Assembly: GCA_902761035.1 (NCBI GenBank)
Contig: CACWIW010000015.1
Coordinates: 1,586-65,585, forward strand
Source of the DNA: an uncultured bacterium
Lineage (GTDB): Bacteria; Verrucomicrobiota; Kiritimatiellia; RFP12; UBA1067
Direction of reading: 5' to 3'
DNA length: 64,000 nt
Shown: positions 8,771 through 17,766 of the stretch, piece after piece
Numbering within the stretch: the first letter of the stretch is position 1
Layout of the letters: the number at the start of each line of letters is the position of its first letter
The notes under the pieces: generated by a model
Seen by the model: the letters and a program-made list of their open reading frames with translations, nothing else
The model's database searches: none
What the model was told of the DNA's origin: nothing
Position numbers and translations under genes: made by a program

Positions 8771-10217
8771 TGCGAAGGTCATGCTCTCCTGCCAGAAAGT
8801 CTCCATCCTCTACCAGGTTGGGGACTTCAAGAACATTGGCCTGAAGGAGTGGGTGATGCGCCGTCTTACCGGCCGGTACGAGGTCATTAACTTCTGGGCA
8901 GACAAGGACGTGACCTTCTCGCTTAACAAGGGGGACATGTTGGGGATAATCGGCCTCAACGGGGCTGGAAAGTCAACGTTGCTCAAAGCGGTTTCGGGCA
9001 TAATGGAGCCTACGTCGGGCACGATTTCGCGCAGGGGAAACGTGGTGGCGCTTTTGGAGCTTGCGAGTGGATTTGACGGTGATCTCAATGTGAAGGAAAA
9101 TGCGTATCTGCGCGGGGCCATGCTCGGCTACACGCGCGCGTTCATGGACAAGACGTATCCCGACATAATCGAATTCGCGGAGCTGAAGGAGTTTGAGGAT
9201 CGTCCGTTCAAGCAGCTTTCGTCTGGCATGAAGTCGCGCCTGGCTTTTGCAATCGCCTCGCTTGTCAAGCCCGAGATACTGATTCTGGACGAGGTGCTTG
9301 CCGTGGGCGACGGGGCATTCCGCAAGAAGAGCGAGGCAAAGATGCGCGAGATCATCAAAGGAGGCGCGACCACGATCCTTGTTTCGCATTCCACATCGCA
9401 AGTGCGTTCGCTTTGCAATAAGGTTCTGTGGTTGGACAAGGGGCGTCAAGTCGTTTGCACGGACGATGTGGGAGGTGCTTGCGACTGTTATGACAAGTTT
9501 CTGCGCGGTGCTTCGCCTGCAGTCTATATCCCTCACGCACCGAAGGCTCGTATCGATATGCATGTGGCGGAGAACATAACTCCCCCTGTTGCCAAGTCGC
9601 AGGTGGCGACCACGCAGAGCCGTCCGAATGTCGCTGTTGGGACGGGCAAGGGGCCGGGGCAGAAAGCCAGCGTGCCCAGAACGCCGATCATGCCATTCCG
9701 CCGTGATGTCAATTTTGCGAAGCGAGTGACAGAGAGGAAGGGGACCGGAGAGATTAAGTATACGGCAGCAGATTTCTACGATCAGTTCGGGAGGCCGATT
9801 CGCGTGGCCAAGTGCGGGCAGCTTGTTCGCTTCGTCGTTTCGTTTTCAGTGGTAAAAGGAGTTCCTGCTGGAACCGTTGTTGGATTTGATTGCTGCGACC
9901 AATCTGGCAAGCAGTTGATCAGCCTGAATCTGCACACTTTTAGTTGTTCTCTGCCTGCTCTCAAAGCGGGTGCCAACCGGACGGTGGAATTCTCTATTCA
10001 CATCCCGCTTAACACGGGTAAGTATTCTTGGTCTGTGAACTTACGGCCCAATCCGGACAAACCCAATTTTTATGATTACTGCCATAATGCGGCGATATTG
10101 ACAGTTGTGAAAGGCAGCACGCGCTACTCCCAGTACCAGGGGGGGGCTTTTCTCGCATGTCCAGCCAGCATATCTTTTGTCGGAGAAGGACGCTCCAGCG
10201 TCTTGTTCAGGAAATGA
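8763..10217 (+). CDS. wzt: Polysaccharide ABC exporter ATP-binding protein with extra C-terminal domain (Wzt/TagH-like)
   Basis: The ORF opens at 8715; ATG 8763 is preferred because it is coupled to the permease stop. Motifs: Walker A GLNGAGKST, signature LSSGMKSRL, Walker B ILILDEVLAVGD, H-loop VSHS. A low-complexity linker and a beta-rich ~170-aa C-terminal domain (~9700-10214) follow. Confidence 0.9.
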   Translation: MSNAKVMLSCQKVSILYQVGDFKNIGLKEWVMRRLTGRYEVINFWADKDVTFSLNKGDMLGIIGLNGAGKSTLLKAVSGIMEPTSGTISRRGNVVALLELASGFDGDLNVKENAYLRGAMLGYTRAFMDKTYPDIIEFAELKEFEDRPFKQLSSGMKSRLAFAIASLVKPEILILDEVLAVGDGAFRKKSEAKMREIIKGGATTILVSHSTSQVRSLCNKVLWLDKGRQVVCTDDVGGACDCYDKFLRGASPAVYIPHAPKARIDMHVAENITPPVAKSQVATTQSRPNVAVGTGKGPGQKASVPRTPIMPFRRDVNFAKRVTERKGTGEIKYTAADFYDQFGRPIRVAKCGQLVRFVVSFSVVKGVPAGTVVGFDCCDQSGKQLISLNLHTFSCSLPALKAGANRTVEFSIHIPLNTGKYSWSVNLRPNPDKPNFYDYCHNAAILTVVKGSTRYSQYQGGAFLACPASISFVGEGRSSVLFRK

Positions 10218-10284
10218 ATAGTTGCATCTACAATCCATCGGCAGCCTTAGAAATGAGGCTTCGCAAAGAATAAGGAGGAGATTT

Positions 10285-13200
10285 ATGTGTAAGGTGTCCA
10301 TCGTAGTTCCTGTCTATAATCGCGAGAGCGTGCTTCGGACGTGTCTTGAGTCGCTTGTCGGCCAGACTCTGAAGGAGATTGAGATTATATGCATTGACGA
10401 CGGATCGTCGGATGGATCGGGGGTCGTCCTTGACGAATTTGCCGCACGCGATTCGCGCATCCGTGTGATCAAAAAGGAGAACGGGGGCGCAGCCTCTGCG
10501 AAAAACGCGGGACTTGCCGCCGTGAGCGGCAAGTATGTGGTGTTTGTTGAACCAGATGACTGGTGCGACTTAGACATGATGAGGGGATTGTATGAGACTG
10601 CGGAGCGGACTGGGGCGGACGTGACCATCTGCGGGTTCAAGACATACGACGACCAGATCGGAAAGTTTGTTTCGGAGAAAACGTATCCGCACGACATTGC
10701 TGGACGGGAGCAGCCCTTTTCTGCAAAGAGCATTGCCGATAACGCATTCATCTGGTTTGGACAGGGGCTTGGGGACAAGTTTATCAACAGTGCCTATCTT
10801 TCGCAGTTGGGGGTGAAGTTCCTTGATCTCCCTCATGCGGAGGATTTGTGTGTTGTCGAAACGTGCATCGCCTGTGCGGACAAAATCTCCGTGGCGAATT
10901 TCCCGTACTACAACTACAGAATTCGGAGCAAAAGCTCGCAAAATCAGAATGACAAGTCACCGCTTGCGTTTTGCGAGGGATATGTGGAGCTTCGTCACCA
11001 GCTTGAGAAGCGCGGCTTATGGGATTTGTTTAGGTCAAGTTTCCGCCAGTCCGTCCTTGCTTCTATCGTATATGCTCTGAAGTCTCTTTCGGATGATAAA
11101 GCCCTTCGGCGCGTCTATCGCGAAGTTCGCGAGAAGTGGGTGTCTAGATTCGGGCTAAACCACCTGGAAAAATCAGAGTTGAAGGTTCCGGAGCATCTGT
11201 ATGATTCGCTTAATATCATCCGCGAAAACTCCGATCCTGTCAGGTTCATGTTGCACGCGCTACGTGTCGATGCCGAGTCGGCCAATAAGGTCGGTGCTGA
11301 ACTGCGGTCTGCGAAAGCCCAGGCTTTTGACATTGGAGACAGCGCTCCCCTCGTTTCTGTAATCATTGCCGTCAGGAACGGACAGGATACAATCGAGAAT
11401 TGCGTGCGGTCGGTTCTTGGACAGACGCTTCGCCAGATCGAAGTGATCTGCGTTGACGACGGGTCGACGGACGGGACTGTTTCGGCACTTAATTCACTAG
11501 CCATTGGCGATGTGCGCTTGCGAGTGATTCGGCAGGGGAAGCTTGGTGTCAGCGCTGCCCGGAATGCGGGGCTTGAGGCCGCTTGCGGAAAATATGTCGC
11601 CTTTCTGGATGCCGATGACGAGTACGTTGCGACCCATCTTTGGAATCTCGTTGCAAAGGCGGAAGCCGGGATGTGTGATGTCGTTCAGGCCGCACACTGC
11701 GAGGTCGTCGACGGGCAGGTGTCTCGCACTTCCCTGCCGCACGAGAAATGCACGGCGACCGACCTCCGGTCATGTCCGCAAATTGTTCGTTTTCAGACGA
11801 AGTACATCTGGGACAAGCTTTTCCGCCGTGAAATGCTAGAGCGAAACAACATCCGCTTTGCACCATACGGATATCACGAAGACCACCTGTTCCTTTTCGA
11901 CGTTGATCTTGTCGCCAGGAATTTTGCAACAGTGCCCGAGGTGGGATATCGTTATTCGAAGTCCAGCGTGGGTGCGGCAACGCGCTCTTACGATGAGCGG
12001 CTTCTTGACTGCCCCAAAGCGTATTGGGACATCTGCCGCAAGGCGCGTGAAGCCGGGCTGTTCGATGAACTTGCCGATTCTATTTGGGCCAACTGCTCCA
12101 TGAGTTATGCATGGCGGATATGGGCGTTCCCAAAATACGACAACCCCGATCTCAAGAGCAAAATCGTCAACGGGTGGTATGAGTTCTTCCAGGCGACTTT
12201 CCCGCACTGGCAGAAGGACATGCATCTCCTCGGCTACCCGGTCGCCCTTCCCCCGCATGATTACCGAAAGGTTTTGTTGCTTGGCGGCACGGGCGCACTT
12301 GGTGCGCACCTTGCGGAAATCCTCGCGGAGCAGGGTTGCCAAGTCTACGTGACGAGCCGCAGCGAGCATGACGATGTGCCGGGCATCTGCTATCTGAAGG
12401 GTGATGCACAGGACATAGGCTTCTTCCGTAAATTGACGCAGTCTAGATGGGATGCAATCGTTGATTTCATGGTTTATGGGCCAATCGCGTTCCAGCAACG
12501 CCTGACCAAGTTCCTGGAGATGACGGACCAGTACGTTTTTCTCAGTTCCTCCCGCGTATATGCCGACGCCCATGGTCAGTTGATAACGGAAAACTCGCCG
12601 CGGCTTCTGGACACGGTGACTGACGACGCCTATCTCAAGACGAGCGAATATGCGTTGGCGAAGGCGCGTGCAGAGAATGCGCTGAGGGCCAGCGGAAGTA
12701 CGAATTGGACAATTATACGCCCTTATGTGACGTTTAGCGAGCAGCGCCTTCAGTTGGGTACGCTCGAGAAGGAACACTGGCTAAAGAGAGTCCTTGAAGG
12801 CAAGCCCATCGTCTTTTCGGACGATGTAGCCGCCAGGACTACGACTTTGACGTATGGCCGCGATGTCGCGCGAGGGATGGCGTCGCTTATTGGACGAAAA
12901 GAAGCGCTTGGCGAGTGTTTCCATATCACGTCCTCCAAAAGTCTGGTCTGGAGGGACGTGCTTGAAATTTACGTCAGGGTCATCCGCGAGGTTACGGGGC
13001 GGGCCTGCCCTGTGGTAATGACGAGAAATTCCTGTCAGCTAAATACGCCGGGCAAATACCAAGTCTTGTATGACCGTCTCTTTGACCGCAGGTTTGACAA
13101 TACGAAGATCGGGAGGTTCATCGACGTATCCACGTTCCGTGATCCCGTCGAGGCATTGGAGAGCTGCCTGAGGGCGTTTTTGGCCGCTCCCAAGTTCCTC

Positions 13201-16200
13201 AAGGTCAATGAATTACTTGAATCTCTGCATGACAAGGCCTGTGGCGCACTGCCTACGGTTTCTGGAGGCTATACCGTTGAACGTAACGTGCAGATTCTCA
13301 TTGCGGCCTTGAAAGCACACGGCATAAGGCAGGTGATTGCATCTCCAGGCACTACGAACCTGACGTTTGTTGCCAGCATACAGCACGATTCATTTTTCAC
13401 CGTCAAGTCAGCTCCAGACGAACGTTCCGCGGCGTACATGGCCTGTGGCTGGGCTGCGGAGTCGGGGGCTCCGGTGGTCATCAGCTGCACTGGAGCCACT
13501 GCGAGCCGCAACTACCTGCCAGGCCTCACTGAGGCGTATTACCGCAAATTGCCGATCCTGGCCGTTACGGGGACGTTATACGAGCCAAGGGGCGGACATC
13601 TCACTCCGCAGTTTATTGTACGCACGCAGGCACCTACGGACACAGTCCGCCTTCAGGTGTCGATGCCGTTCGTGCGCGACAAGAACGACGAATGGGCAAA
13701 TACGGTTGCCGCCAATCATGCGATACTTGAGTTGGTACGGCATGGTGGCGGCCCTGTACACATCAATCTCGAAACGATGCACAGCCGTGACTATTCCGTG
13801 GCACGGCTTCCACCGGTTCGCGTAATTCACCGTCACTTCCCCGGTGAAGGGATGCCGCCGATTCCAGACGGTCGTGTTGCCGTGTTCATCGGCGCCCATG
13901 TGCCTTGGTCTGAGGCGCTGACCCTGGAGGTGGAGAAGTTCTCCGAGAAGTTCGACGCGCCGGTGTTTTGCGACCACGGCTCGAACTATCGCGGGAAAGG
14001 CGAGATGAACTTCACGCTTGCCTGCTACCAGCAGAGCGCGACATACAAGGAATACCTGCCTGACGTTCTCATCCACATCGGCGAAGTCTCGGCAGACTAT
14101 CCTTCGTTGAAAATCGTAGGAATGTCGAAAGTCTGGCGAGTGAGTGCCGATGGCGAGATCCGCGACCAGTTCCGCAGGCTTGTTGATGTGTTCGAGATGG
14201 ACGAACTGTCTTTTTTCCGGTTTTACAATAATGATTCGGAGAGTTCCCGCGCTTCTGGATATCGTACGGCTTGTGAACGAAAGCTCGCAAGCCTTCGCTC
14301 TCGGTTCCCGGATGTCCCGTTCTCGAACATCTGGGTAGCAAGTGTGTCGTCTCCCAAGGTTCCGGAAGGGGCATTCCTCCACCTAGGCATACTTAATTCA
14401 TTCAGGGCATGGAGCCTGTTCCAGTTGCCGAAGACGGTTCTAGCATCCTGCAATGCGGGCGGCTTCGGAATAGACGGTTGCCTTTCGACTTTGCTTGGCG
14501 CTTCATTCGCCCATCCCGACCGGATTCATTTTGCGGTGCTTGGAGACCTCGCTTTCTTCTACGATCTTAACTCGCTGGGGAATCGTCATGTAGGGGCCAA
14601 TCTGCGTATTCTGCTTATCAACAACGGCAAGGGAATGGAATTCCGTAATTTTAACCATCCTGCCTATCAATTCGGAAAGGCGGCCGACGAGTTTGTGGCA
14701 GCTGGCGGACACTACGGGAACAAGTCCCGTGAACTCGTGCGCCACTATGCGCAAGACTTGGGTTTTGACTATCTTTCCGCAGCTGACAAGCATGAATACA
14801 TGAAGGTGGCGGAGTCGTTCTGGTCGCCAGTGAAGCGGTCGAAGCCGCTCATACTCGAGGTTTTTACCGATGAGGAGTGCGAAAACGGGGCGCTTGAAAC
14901 TGTCACGTTGATGGAGGGAGCACCACCGCCCCCCAAACCCGTGGCGGCGCCTCCGCCCGCCAAACCCGCGTCGGCGCCTCCGCCCCCCAAAAAACCTGCG
15001 TCGGCGCCTCCGCCCACCAAGCCCGCGCCCCCAGCCCCTAAGGCCGCCCCCGCAAAGGCCCCCGCCGCGAAGGCGGTGCAGCCTATTAAGGTGGAGAGGG
15101 CAACTGTGGCGTCTCGGAAAATCGCCATCTTGACCTTCCACTGTGCCTACAATTGCGGTGCGTATCTGCAGGGATGGGCTCTTCAGACAATTCTTCGGCG
15201 CATTGGCTTCGAACCAGAGTTTCCGGATTGCACGCGCGTTGGTTATTTCCCGCGTTTCGGGGATGTCTGGTACAAGCAAAAGCCTAGCCCGGAGGCGGGC
15301 TGGTTCTCGCGTATGCTCTTCCGTCTTAAGACGGAGATTTGTGCCCTTGGACATGAGGATGTGAAACGGCATCGCTTTCGCATGTTTGCAAAGCATTGCC
15401 TCGCCATAAAGGTAATGAAACCTAAAGAAATCGAACGTCGATATCCGGCTGTAATAGTCGGCAGCGATCAAGTCTGGAACCCCGCCATAACGAGAAAAGA
15501 GACGGAATATTTCCGTACGACGATTTTCAAGAACCCGGCGCTGAAACGGTATTCCTACGCGATTAGCGTTGGCGATGCAATGCCAAAGAAGGAGAGCATC
15601 TCCTATTTGACGGCTGCGGCGAAGCTATTTGAGAACCTTTCGTTTAGAGAGAATCTATTGCCTCAGCTAGTGGATAAACATGGTCGTCATCCGACCGTTG
15701 ACCTAGATCCGACGTTGTTGCTGTCGAAGGCAGACTTCAACCGTATTGCCTATCCCAAGCGTTTGGAACGGAAGCCGTATCTTCTTGTCTATTCGCTCAT
15801 GTACAACGAGAAGACGTGGAACGCTGCGCGGACAGTGGCTAAACGGCTGGGGCTCAAGCCAGTGTTCATTCTGGTCTATCAGTACGGTCACAGTCAGATG
15901 GTCGATCCCGATGGTGTGCAAATCTCTGTTTCGCCTGATCGTTTTCTTGCTTACATTCGTGACGCCGAGGTGGTGATTACATCGTCTTTCCATGGCACGG
16001 CATTTTCCCTCATCTATCAGAAGAAGTTCGCTACCCTGCCATTTGTTCATGGGAAGGTGTCGCTTCGCTGTCAGAAGCTTCTCAAGTCGGTACACGAGGA
16101 GATTCACCAGATCGACAACCCTGATGATATTGAGGCGATTACCGCCGCGCTTACTTACACTCCGAGGCCTGAGACCATGCAGGCGCTTTCCAGGCTTTCG

Positions 16201-16410
16201 AACATGACGATTCGCAAACTGCGCGCGACGCTGCCTAATGTCGATGGTGTGCCGCGTTCACCAGCGCGTCCTGTCTATAGTACGCTCACTTGGCCGTTCC
16301 ATAAGATGTGGGGCGGGATAAAGTGTATCAAAGAGAACGGCGTTGGCTACACAGTCAAGCATGCCTGGGGTAAGGTCCTCCGGTTTGCAGGCGTCAGAAG
16401 CCCGCTTTAA
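10285..16410 (+). CDS. Five-domain glycan assembly enzyme (2,041 aa): GT2 - GT2 - extended SDR - MenD-like ThDP enzyme - Pro-rich linker - polysaccharide pyruvyl transferase
   Basis: ATG 10285 follows AAGGAGGAG (10272-10280). GT2 #1: VSIVVPVYN..QTLKEIEIICIDDGSSDGS. GT2 #2 from ~11350: VSVIIAVRN..QTLRQIEVICVDDGSTDGT. SDR from ~12262: LLLGGTGALGAHL and YALAK. ThDP domain at ~13270-14900: DERSAAYMACG and GDLAFFYDLNSLG..LLINNGKG. Pyruvyltransferase at ~15115-16130: AILTFHCAYNCGAYLQ and ITSSFHGTAFS. Confidence 0.9.
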   Translation: MCKVSIVVPVYNRESVLRTCLESLVGQTLKEIEIICIDDGSSDGSGVVLDEFAARDSRIRVIKKENGGAASAKNAGLAAVSGKYVVFVEPDDWCDLDMMRGLYETAERTGADVTICGFKTYDDQIGKFVSEKTYPHDIAGREQPFSAKSIADNAFIWFGQGLGDKFINSAYLSQLGVKFLDLPHAEDLCVVETCIACADKISVANFPYYNYRIRSKSSQNQNDKSPLAFCEGYVELRHQLEKRGLWDLFRSSFRQSVLASIVYALKSLSDDKALRRVYREVREKWVSRFGLNHLEKSELKVPEHLYDSLNIIRENSDPVRFMLHALRVDAESANKVGAELRSAKAQAFDIGDSAPLVSVIIAVRNGQDTIENCVRSVLGQTLRQIEVICVDDGSTDGTVSALNSLAIGDVRLRVIRQGKLGVSAARNAGLEAACGKYVAFLDADDEYVATHLWNLVAKAEAGMCDVVQAAHCEVVDGQVSRTSLPHEKCTATDLRSCPQIVRFQTKYIWDKLFRREMLERNNIRFAPYGYHEDHLFLFDVDLVARNFATVPEVGYRYSKSSVGAATRSYDERLLDCPKAYWDICRKAREAGLFDELADSIWANCSMSYAWRIWAFPKYDNPDLKSKIVNGWYEFFQATFPHWQKDMHLLGYPVALPPHDYRKVLLLGGTGALGAHLAEILAEQGCQVYVTSRSEHDDVPGICYLKGDAQDIGFFRKLTQSRWDAIVDFMVYGPIAFQQRLTKFLEMTDQYVFLSSSRVYADAHGQLITENSPRLLDTVTDDAYLKTSEYALAKARAENALRASGSTNWTIIRPYVTFSEQRLQLGTLEKEHWLKRVLEGKPIVFSDDVAARTTTLTYGRDVARGMASLIGRKEALGECFHITSSKSLVWRDVLEIYVRVIREVTGRACPVVMTRNSCQLNTPGKYQVLYDRLFDRRFDNTKIGRFIDVSTFRDPVEALESCLRAFLAAPKFLKVNELLESLHDKACGALPTVSGGYTVERNVQILIAALKAHGIRQVIASPGTTNLTFVASIQHDSFFTVKSAPDERSAAYMACGWAAESGAPVVISCTGATASRNYLPGLTEAYYRKLPILAVTGTLYEPRGGHLTPQFIVRTQAPTDTVRLQVSMPFVRDKNDEWANTVAANHAILELVRHGGGPVHINLETMHSRDYSVARLPPVRVIHRHFPGEGMPPIPDGRVAVFIGAHVPWSEALTLEVEKFSEKFDAPVFCDHGSNYRGKGEMNFTLACYQQSATYKEYLPDVLIHIGEVSADYPSLKIVGMSKVWRVSADGEIRDQFRRLVDVFEMDELSFFRFYNNDSESSRASGYRTACERKLASLRSRFPDVPFSNIWVASVSSPKVPEGAFLHLGILNSFRAWSLFQLPKTVLASCNAGGFGIDGCLSTLLGASFAHPDRIHFAVLGDLAFFYDLNSLGNRHVGANLRILLINNGKGMEFRNFNHPAYQFGKAADEFVAAGGHYGNKSRELVRHYAQDLGFDYLSAADKHEYMKVAESFWSPVKRSKPLILEVFTDEECENGALETVTLMEGAPPPPKPVAAPPPAKPASAPPPPKKPASAPPPTKPAPPAPKAAPAKAPAAKAVQPIKVERATVASRKIAILTFHCAYNCGAYLQGWALQTILRRIGFEPEFPDCTRVGYFPRFGDVWYKQKPSPEAGWFSRMLFRLKTEICALGHEDVKRHRFRMFAKHCLAIKVMKPKEIERRYPAVIVGSDQVWNPAITRKETEYFRTTIFKNPALKRYSYAISVGDAMPKKESISYLTAAAKLFENLSFRENLLPQLVDKHGRHPTVDLDPTLLLSKADFNRIAYPKRLERKPYLLVYSLMYNEKTWNAARTVAKRLGLKPVFILVYQYGHSQMVDPDGVQISVSPDRFLAYIRDAEVVITSSFHGTAFSLIYQKKFATLPFVHGKVSLRCQKLLKSVHEEIHQIDNPDDIEAITAALTYTPRPETMQALSRLSNMTIRKLRATLPNVDGVPRSPARPVYSTLTWPFHKMWGGIKCIKENGVGYTVKHAWGKVLRFAGVRSPL
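14920..15075 (+). repeat. Pro/Ala/Lys-rich interdomain linker encoded by three imperfect 27-30-nt tandem units
   Basis: The protein reads APPPPKPVAAPPPAKPASAPPPPKKPASAPPPTKPAPPAPKAAPAKAPAAKA. The unit GCGCCTCCGCCC..AA.CC.GCG recurs three times. The linker contains a C6A6 tract at 14983-14994. Confidence 0.8.
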
Positions 16411-16420
16411 TCAGCGGCCC

Positions 16421-17725
16421 ATGAAATTGTCGGTCATAATTCCGGCCTTTAATGCCGCCCAGTGGATAAAGGACGCCGTTGATTCGGTGTTGGTGCAGGA
16501 TTTTAGGGATTTTGAGCTTATTGTCGTTGATGACGGGTCTACGGATGAAACTTTAGCCATAATTGATCGGATTGCCGCATCGGATGGCAGGGTGTCCGTC
16601 ATCCATCAACGGAATGCGGGGCCCGGCGTTGCACGGAACGCAGGGCTCGACCATGCCAGTGGTGAATATGTGGCATTCGTTGATTCGGACGATAAGTTGG
16701 CATCGCCAAACGCGCTGTCGTCAATGATGCAAAGGGCTGTCGAGACCGGATGTGATGTGCTGCTGGCGCGCGCGCGCAAGATCGGTCTTCGAGGTGAGCT
16801 TGGAAATGAACTTGACTGGTGCCTGAGGAAAAACCTTATTCCAGCGCGGGATGTGTTCTCACCCGAAGAAGTCGGGGTCTCGTTGTTTTTTGTCGCCGGC
16901 CCGGTGCCTTGGGGAAAGCTCTATCGCCGCGAGTTCGTTAACGGCGAAAAGCTGCGATTCCCGCCATTGCCAAGATCCGAAGATTTCCCATTTGTTCAGA
17001 CGGCGATGGCATGTGCGGGGAAGATTGCGGTTTATGATGACATTGTGATTTTGCATAGAGTGGCGCGTGTCGATTCCCTTGAAAGCACGAAGGATGCGAC
17101 CCCCTTGATTTTTGCGGAAGCCGAAAGCATCTTTGCAAAAATGCTTGGCGAACGGGGGCTTTGGGAAAAATTCGCTTTGGCTGCAAAGGCGCGTGCCATG
17201 CTGAGGTTGGCTTATAACCTGACGGCGGTTCAATCCTTCGACGGTATCCGGAAGGTGTTCGCATTCGCGTATGAGGAACGAAAGAATTTGTGCATTGATG
17301 ATGTTGCCGACTCCTTCCGTGACTATGCTTTGGCGAAGAGGAATGTAGACGGTATTCTCGCACATGAATCTGCGGAAGCGTGGATGTACGCAAGAATGGT
17401 GGCTGCGGAAAAGAACTTACGGGCGAAGGTTGTGGAACTACGGAGGTACGACAGGGATCATAAGGCGCTGGCGGCGTTGAAGGCTGCTCAGGACGCATCA
17501 CTGGTTCAATCGCAGCGGGAGGTGTCGCGGCTCAAGCAAAAGGTCATGTCGCTGGAAGAGAAGTCGTTGGCGCTTGAATGTTCCGAGGCGTACCGCGTCG
17601 GAATGGCCGTCACATGGCCGGCGCGGAGGGCGTGGGGCGGCGTGAAGTGCCTGCGCGAGAACGGCTTGAAGTACACCATAGAACACGCCATTGGAAAGGT
17701 GTTTAGCAGACGCGGCAGGCAATGA
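16421..17725 (+). CDS. GT2 glycosyltransferase with C-terminal coiled coil and conserved tail
   Basis: ATG 16421 lies 10 nt after the upstream stop (the ORF opens at 16343). The GT2 head reads MKLSVIIPAFN...DFELIVVDDGSTDET. A C-terminal heptad-rich segment (~17390-17570) is followed by SEAYRVGMAVTWPARRAWGGVKCLRENGLKYTIEHAIGKV. Confidence 0.9.
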   Translation: MKLSVIIPAFNAAQWIKDAVDSVLVQDFRDFELIVVDDGSTDETLAIIDRIAASDGRVSVIHQRNAGPGVARNAGLDHASGEYVAFVDSDDKLASPNALSSMMQRAVETGCDVLLARARKIGLRGELGNELDWCLRKNLIPARDVFSPEEVGVSLFFVAGPVPWGKLYRREFVNGEKLRFPPLPRSEDFPFVQTAMACAGKIAVYDDIVILHRVARVDSLESTKDATPLIFAEAESIFAKMLGERGLWEKFALAAKARAMLRLAYNLTAVQSFDGIRKVFAFAYEERKNLCIDDVADSFRDYALAKRNVDGILAHESAEAWMYARMVAAEKNLRAKVVELRRYDRDHKALAALKAAQDASLVQSQREVSRLKQKVMSLEEKSLALECSEAYRVGMAVTWPARRAWGGVKCLRENGLKYTIEHAIGKVFSRRGRQ

Positions 17726-17766
17726 GTTGCCCGTGTAAAACCCATAAAAAGGACAGGAGAGACGCT

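Noticed and set aside
10222-10284. Upstream ORF extensions given by the track for many genes (for example 10222, 16343, 22531, 24082, 32947, 36212, 37201, 47364, 57642).
   Set aside because: In each case an internal ATG has a Shine-Dalgarno sequence or a stop/start overlap. That ATG yields the canonical family N-terminus (M-x-[IV]S[IV]I[IV]P for GT2; a signal peptide for the giants, identical between paralogues). The extensions overlap the preceding gene or the promoter.
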